A DNA stretch of 64,000 nt, from assembly GCA_964016885.1 (NCBI GenBank), contig OZ024743.1, positions 76,198,001 through 76,262,000 of the forward strand. Direction: 5' to 3'. Below the pieces are notes generated by a model. It saw only the letters and a list, made by a program, of their open reading frames with translations, did not search any database and had not been told where the DNA came from. This document shows positions 56,595 to 64,000 of the stretch, piece by piece. The DNA comes from Eledone cirrhosa (taxonomy: Eukaryota). Each line of letters opens with the position of its first letter. Within the stretch, counting starts at the first letter, position 1. The position numbers were made by a program, and so were the translations under genes.

Positions 56595-57640
56595 CTTTTA
56601 CTTGGCACAAACCCAAACTGCATTTCATCTAAATCAATTCGATCTCTGATTAGTTGCGCTATAACTCTTTCTGTGACCTTCATGACTTGGTCAACTAACT
56701 TAATGCCTCTATAGTTTCCCCTATCTAGAGCATCCCCTTTACCCTTGTAACAGTTAATGATGCTGCTGCTATGCCCGTCTGTTGGTATGACCCTATTCTG
56801 TATTACTTGGTTAACTATACAGGTGACCTTAGTATGTCCCACCATTCCAGATACCTTCAACATCTCAGCAACTATCTCTGAAGGCCCAGCTGCCTTGCCT
56901 GTCTTCATATCTTTGATTGCCTTACTTATTATACTACCTTTAACTTGCACCGCTGGTCCTTCTATTGGATCGATTTGGGGAAGACTATCTTTTTCCCACT
57001 TATTCTCCTCATTTAATAGCCTCTCGTAGTGACACTTCCAGGCTATCTTCTTATCAGCATCAGTAAGGGCAAGTACACCGTTATCATTACGGACACACTT
57101 ACCCCCGACAATATCATTGTTTTCCTTGACACATTGTCTAGCAATCCTGAACAGCTCACGTTTTTGGTCGTCACGTTGTAGAACATGCTTGAACTTTCTA
57201 TCCTCTGCTCCCCTTTTTCAAGGTACACTTGTCTCCTAGCTTCTCTCCTGGCCACATGATAGTGCTCTCTACTTCCCCCATCCTGCCATACTTTCCAAGC
57301 CTGCTTTTTGGCCTTGAGTGTTTCCTCCACCTTACTGTTCCACCACCAAGATGTCTCTCCTCACCCAATAGGTCTGCTCCAGCCACAGATTTCATCCGTT
57401 GCTTTCAGCAGATTCACTTTAAAGAATTGCCACTGTTCCTCTCTATTGCACGTCTCTAATTGCTCTTCCTTATTGTCAAAGGCATCAAGTAATAAGCTTT
57501 TAAATTTGTTACTGGCTGTGGGGTCCTTCAACTACCATATTCTTCTCCTCAAAGTAGGCCTCCTCTGTCGTCGAGTACGTCTATTCCTGACTATGAGGTC
57601 ACTAACTACTAGACTATGTTGGGTGGTGTATTCTTCACGG
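56595..57640 (-). mobile_element. RTE/BovB-like LINE internal fragment (linker plus RT start), frameshifted
   Basis: AIKDMKTGKAAGPSEIVAEMLK...YKGKGDALDRGNYRGIKL...EMQFGFVPSKS. Confidence 0.88.
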
Positions 57641-57649
57641 GAGAGGGAT

Positions 57650-58529
57650 TTAGTGTGCGAATGTGTATATATTCTTCACGGGAGAGGGATTTATATGTGC
57701 GAATGTGTATATATGTCTATATATGTGAATGCGTATATATGTCTATATGAGTGTGAATGTGTATATGTGTCTATGTGTGTGAATGTGTATATATGTCTAT
57801 GTGTGTGTGAATATATATATGTCTATATATGTGAATGTGTATATATGTCTATATATGTGTGAATGTATATGTGTCTATGTGTGTGAATGTGTATATATGT
57901 CTATATATGTGTGAATGTATATATGTCTATATGTGTGAATATGTATATATGTCTATATGTGTGAATGTGTATATATGTCTATGTGTGTGAATGTATATAT
58001 GTCTATGTGTGTGTGAATGTATATGTGTATATGTGTGTGAATGTGTATATCTCTATATACGTGGTGTAAATGTATATGTGTCTATGTGTGTGAATGTGTA
58101 TATATGTCTATATGTGTGTGAATGTATATGTGTCTATGTGTGTGAATGTATATATATGTCTATGTATGTAAATGTGTATATGTGTTTATATATGAGTGAA
58201 TGTATATATGTGTGAATGTGTATCTATGTCTATGTGTGTGAATATGTATATGTGTCTATATATGTGTGAATGTATATATGTCTATATGTGTGAATATGTA
58301 TATATGTCTATATGTGTGAATATGTATATATGTCTATATGTGTGAAAATGTATATATGTCTATATGTGTGAATGTGTATATATGACTATATGTGTGAATG
58401 TGTGTATATGTCTATATGTGTGAATGTGTATATATGTCTATATGTGTGAATGTGTATATATGTCTATATGTGTGAATGTGTATATATGTCTATATGTGTG
58501 TGAATATGTATATGTGTCTATATATGTGA

Positions 58530-58530
<1 letters not shown>
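57650..58530. repeat. Minisatellite, about 22-26 bp unit
   Basis: GTGTGAATGTGTATATATGTCTATAT-type units. Confidence 0.9.
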
Positions 58531-58616
<86 letters not shown>

Positions 58617-59019
58617 TATATATACAAGATATACAGACATATATATTTGTATATACACACATATATACATATATATATACACATCTTTATTTGTATTGTT
58701 AGTAATGCCACATTGCTGAAGATTACGTCTTCGGATTCATTTATGCTACATTCCTAGCAAGAGAATCTGTTAATGTCTTCCAAGATAATGTTACGGTGGA
58801 ATTTCTTCACTTCCTTTTTATATTTCTAAATATATATATATTTAAAAAAGAAATAGGATTTCGCTTCAAGCATAGCTTTATACAATATGTATAAATATTT
58901 CGTATCTCCAAAGAAATACGGTTTTAGGAAGCCGTAGCTATGCAAACACCGGGGAGGGAGGGGGGTCTAACGCCCTATGGTGATATATATAGTTATGTAA
59001 TAAACAACATGAGATAATT

Positions 59020-59094
59020 ATTTCATTTACCAAAGGTTTCACGAAGACAGACGAGCCTGACACACACGTCTGATTTCGGTCGTCAGAATGAAAT
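59020..59094 (-). ncRNA. Type I hammerhead ribozyme
   Basis: Minus strand: ATTTCATT-CTGACGA-C-CGAAATCAGACG...CGTCTGTCTTCG-T-GAAA-CCTTTGG-TA-AATGAAAT. Confidence 0.8.
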
Positions 59095-59228
59095 TTAATT
59101 TTATTTAATTTTATTTTATTATATAACTAAAAAGCTCTGTAGCCTACATAGAGCACTCTCTTTTCCTTTACCTTCCTACGGAAACACTTCATATATTTAT
59201 ATATATGTGTATATATATATATATATAT

Positions 59229-59289
59229 TTTCATTCTGATGACTGAAAGCAAATTTAGTTTGCTTTCAAGAAACCACTGGTAAATGAAA
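59229..59289 (+). ncRNA. Type I hammerhead ribozyme
   Basis: TTTCATT-CTGATGA-C-TGAAAGCAAA-TTTAG-TTTGCTTTCA-A-GAAA-CCACTGG-TA-AATGAAA; 7-bp stem I, 10-bp stem II. Confidence 0.85.
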
Positions 59290-59419
59290 TAATTATCTTA
59301 TGTTGTTTATTACATAACTATTAAGCTCTGTAACCTACATAGAGCACTCTTCTTTCCTGGACCTTTCCGACGGAATTACTTCCCACACACACACACACAC
59401 ACATATTCCAACAACATGT

Positions 59420-59503
<84 letters not shown>

Positions 59504-59748
59504 ACATGTTGTTGGAATATGAGTTTAAAATGGCGAATGAAAGATCTCCACTAATCAACAGGCTTTTATATTTAGAGCCGTCACAATTATCAAATACACG
59601 TGTACCACCCAAATATAAGTGGACGTTGTGTCAGTGTGCAACACGTTATACTTTGTGTGTACTTTTTTGTAACTGAGTAATTGTATTGTGCTTGGCGTGT
59701 CTTTGTCTAGGTTAGGTCTTTTGTAATTCACTTAATTTGATGGTATGT

Positions 59749-59812
<64 letters not shown>

Positions 59813-60152
59813 CGTCAGTCCATCGACTTTCGTCAAATCGGACCGAGGAAACAATGTTTCCATGGATCTTTCCAATTGCTAATACTATCTATCGGTCGCA
59901 ACTCCAAGTGGAAGGAACAACGTGTCTTGCTCAAGGACATAACGCATCGCCCGGTTCGGGAATCGAATTCACAACCTCACCGTTGCGAATCCAATTCTCT
60001 TACCACTCAGCCTCGCGCGTTCACAAACCTTTAAAGTTTTACTGTTGCAAAACCACTATGCCACCGGTCATCTCCGAATCAAATATTTTCTCTTTTCTCT
60101 ATTCTGTTTGTGTTTTCCGAAATTCCTTTATTGATTAAGTAATTATGCAATC

Positions 60153-60210
60153 TACAACTGATGATGTCACCAGGATCTTGCATAACCAGGCTATTGAAAT
60201 ATATATAGTA
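60153..60210 (+). ncRNA. Degenerate hammerhead within an imperfect inverted repeat (about 60028-60236)
   Basis: TACAA-CTGATGA-...-GAAA-TATA-TA-TAGTA. Confidence 0.45.
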
Positions 60211-60479
60211 TTTTTGCAACAATAAAACTTTAAAGGAACATCAACAGCCCGGCCTCCTGTTATTTTAATCAAACCAATGTTTAACTCCGTTCCTGCACCA
60301 ACCACAGAAGTCAACATCAACGATGGATGAGTTGCATAACGTAGAGTGCTATTCCGACTATGACATCATGGTTAACTAAACGGAATGACCAGTTCTATCC
60401 AGTGGTGAACCACTAAACATAAGTTTGTGTATATATATTCACAAATTGTACAGACGATTCACGTTACTCTTCACTCATT

Positions 60480-60578
<99 letters not shown>

Positions 60579-60692
60579 CACACACACACTATATATATAT
60601 ATATATATATATATGTACATATCTATAGATAACTAAAGAATAAGCTAGTTTGTCTGAAAACATCTGACTGATAAAATGACAAGTCGGTCAAT

Positions 60693-60905
60693 CATATTGG
60701 TGGCCTCCCCACAGCCCCGGCGGACAGAATGGAGAAGGCATTTCCCCGGAGGACGGCAAGGATGACGCGCTGGAAAAGCAATTCCAACTCGCGGGGCTCA
60801 CACTTGCGGCTGGCCAGCTCAGCGTCTATGGCGGTAGCTCTAGGGCTGAGGACACCAGAAGTCTCCACTGCCAAAGGTACAACCGCAAACCTGTCGGAGA
60901 GATCC
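60693..60905 (-). mobile_element. CRE-clade-like LINE 3' fragment
   Basis: FAVVPLAVETSG...LFQRVILAVLRGNAFSIL resembles the CRE C-terminal F.P.A.ET.G and QR.S.A.QRGNA motifs. Confidence 0.7.
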
Positions 60906-61628
60906 AGGAAAAATCAGTTGTTTAGATTTGATGTTAGGCCCAAACGTAGCTTTGCACATATTCTCAGATGGGAAATCTAAGGGATTAAGGATTGGAAGAC
61001 GTATCTAGTATAGAATATGAGAGATGTGATGACACAGTAGCGGGGACAAGAGAATGACAGTGCATTAGGTTGGTTTCTGTAATAGGGAGTTGCAGAAGAG
61101 CCCAGGTTATTTTAGTAGCCGTGGTAGAGGTTCAATGAAGCATTGGAGAGTTTGTTATCTAGCCGCTAGAGTGTGTTGCTGAGTGAATCGTTTGAATGTA
61201 GTCTCGTATATTTCAATGTTAATCAGCAGAGATTTGCAACTAGTATACACTATATCGATCTGATTGAATTAATTATACATAAACATATTATGTCAACTAA
61301 TTTTACAGACTGAAGTTATATAGTTATGGAAATATGCAAAAAGCAGATAAAAACAAAATTAAGTAATGAAAGGGTGGGGAAGGGGTAAATAATGGCAGAT
61401 ATGACTGTATAGGAAAGAAGAGGAAAGGACTATAAATGCCATAAATGAGAGGAAAAGCAGGGAAAGAGCAAGGACTATTAGGTCATGGAAGAAAGGGAAG
61501 AGGAAGGAGAGAGGTGATATGTTCTATGACTAGAGCTAGACTCGTATTTTTAATATATTTTTTGGCAATCTAATATATGAGAGCTCACCATGAAAGATCA
61601 AGAGATGTGTAATGTGAAATATATGTAA

Positions 61629-62137
61629 TCTATATATATAAAACTGAGGATGTCTGTCTGTGTGTGTGTGAGTTTGAATCCCTAAAACTAGAGAACTACC
61701 CAACCGACTGTTTTCAAAATTTACACATTTAATACTTATGTTTCAGGGAGTGTTCTGAGAAAAATAATTTCAAATTTTCAATGCCCTAGGGACCGCATTA
61801 GGCGATTTAACGATATCTCTCTATAATTCTTAGTCTTTCTCTTTTTAGATACATACATATAACGTCGCGCCCTTATAATATCTGTCTGTATGTCTGGCTG
61901 TCGCTGCCTCCGGTTATTCTTCCACCCTTGCTCAAGACAAATCTCACACTCGTTCCCCAAACAGTTGGAAAGTGCACACAACTTCTTCCTCACGTTTTAA
62001 GCCACAGTGTTGCTTACTTACGTACCACCAGACCCTTACTTCTTTGCCAGCCGTGGTTGTGGCAATACTAAGCTTAGCTAAGGCAGTAATATATTTCACA
62101 ATACCTTATCCCGTGCAACGCCGGGTACCACTGCTAG
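61629..62137 (+). mobile_element. Non-autonomous Helitron
   Basis: A|TCTATATATATAAAAC 5' end; subterminal hairpin CCCG-TGCAACGC-CGGG followed by CTAG|T. Confidence 0.8.
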
Positions 62138-62235
62138 TATCTAATATATATGATATCACCACGAGAAATCAACAGATATTGTGTAATATCAAATATATGT
62201 GAGCTCACCATGAGAAATTAACTGATATTGTGTAA

Positions 62236-62257
62236 TCTATATATATAAAACTGAGGA

Positions 62258-62290
<33 letters not shown>

Positions 62291-62853
62291 CTGTGAGTTT
62301 GAATCCCTAAAACTCGAGAAGTACCCAACCGATTTTTTTCAAACTTTACATGTGTATTACTTATGTTTTTTGATCCCCTAGGGCCCACATTAGGTGAAAA
62401 ACTGCGTTTTTTCAGATTTTTAGGGGTTTTTTGAGGCGTTACGTCAGACCGATTTCCTTGAAATTGTAACTATGTCAGTCTCTTCTATATACCGTGAGCA
62501 AAGAAAATCCAACGTTTTTATGGCCTAGGGCTCGCATTAGGTGAAACACTTCATTTTTTCAGCTTTTGGGGGCTTTTTTGAGGCGTTACATCTAGCTGAT
62601 TTTCCCGAAATTTCAAGGCATATTATGCACATGAAAACAATTCATTTTCTTGATCCCCTAGGGCCCGCATTAGGTGAAAACCTGCATTTTTCCTGCTTCA
62701 TCGAGAAAAATTTTAAAGATTATCCAGCCATTAGAGTATTCGGTTTATTTTCTTTACATATTGTCCAGGCATGCAGTTTTTCCACGATTAGGTCTGTTGG
62801 CGGCCCGCGTTCCAAAATACCTTATCCCGTGCAACGCCGGGTACCACTGTTAG
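62236..62853 (+). mobile_element. Non-autonomous Helitron, second copy
   Basis: Same 5' TC end and 3' hairpin, ends TTAG|T; three internal CCTAGGGC.C.CATTAGGTGAAA repeats. Confidence 0.78.
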
Positions 62854-62889
62854 TGTCTAATATATGTGAGCTCACCATGAGAAATCAAG

Positions 62890-64000
62890 AGATAATGTGT
62901 AATATCAAATATATGAGATATTGTGTAATATCAAATATATGTGATATTGTGTAATATCAAATATGTTATATTGTGTAATATCAAATATATGTGATATTGT
63001 GTAATATCAAATATATTTGATATTGTGTAATATCAAATATATGTTATATTGTGTAATATCAAATATATCTGATATTGTGTAAAATCAAATATATTTGATA
63101 TTGTGTAATATCAAATATATTTGATATTGTGTAATATCAAATATATTTGATATTGTGTAATATCAAATATATGTGATATTGTGTAATATCAAATATATGT
63201 GATATTGTGTAATGTCAAATATATGTGATACTGTGTAATATCAAATATATGTGATATTGTGTAATATCAAATATATCTGATATTGTGTAAAATCAAATAT
63301 ATTTGATATTGTGTAATATCAAATATATTTGATATTGTGTAATATCAAATATATCTGATATTGTGTAATATCAAATATATGTGATATTGTATAATATCAA
63401 ATATATTTGATATTGTATAATATCAAATATATGTGATATTGTGTTATATCAAATATATGTTATATTGTGTAATGTCAAATATATGTGATATTGTGTAATA
63501 TCAAATATATGTGATATTGTGTAATATCAAATATATTTGATATTGTGTAATATCAAATATATGTGATATTGTGTAATATCAAATATATCTGATATTGTGT
63601 AATATCAAATATATTTGATATTGTGTAATATCAAATATATGTTATATTGTGTAATATCAAATATATCTGATATTGTGTAAAATCAAATATATTTGATATT
63701 GTGTAATATCAAATATATGTTATATTGTGTAATATCAAATATATGTTATATTGTGTAATGTCAAATATATGTGATATTGTGTAATATCAAATATAAGTGA
63801 TATTGTGTAATATCAAATATATTTGATATTGTGTAATATCAAATATATCTGATATTGTGTAATATCAAATATATGTGATATTGTGTAATATCAAATATAT
63901 TTGATATTGTGTAATATCAAATATATGTGATATTGTGTAATATCTAATATATGTGATATTGTGTAATATCAAATATATGTGATATTGTGCAATATCTAAT
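62890..64000. repeat. 26-bp satellite, about 42 copies, running off the window
   Basis: Unit GATATTGTGTAATATCAAATATATGT with a variable GT/TT/CT dinucleotide. Confidence 0.97.

Noticed and set aside
62890-64000. CRISPR-like array of palindromic repeats
   Set aside because: No unique spacers, no cas genes and a eukaryotic context; it is a simple satellite. The same applies to 12250-13113.

Overview
AT-rich, microsatellite-saturated animal DNA, probably a coleoid cephalopod such as an octopus (inferred from the repeat landscape, not proven). The only host coding sequence I can support is one 230-nt internal exon of a Wnt7-type gene (16580-16809, +), so the rest is probably intron. It holds tRNA-derived SINEs, LINE fragments (Tx1/L1-like, R4/Dong, RTE, CRE), two non-autonomous Helitrons in a 26-bp satellite, MITEs and a 5S rRNA pseudogene. 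Almost all ORFs in the track are microsatellite artefacts. The main signal is a set of short non-coding elements inserted in (TA)n tracts, often as fold-back palindromes, from about ten families unrelated in sequence. They share one architecture: a type I hammerhead ribozyme (CUGANGA...GAAA...UH), then 30-85 nt downstream a covarying bulged hairpin NCTC-stem-loop-stem-TH-GAGN, then a microsatellite. One member is a 3 x 591-bp tandem array whose hammerhead has the compensatory U3-A8 core. This resembles a Penelope-like/retrozyme system with a conserved cis-RNA motif I do not recognise as described. All structures were read by eye and need computational and biochemical confirmation.
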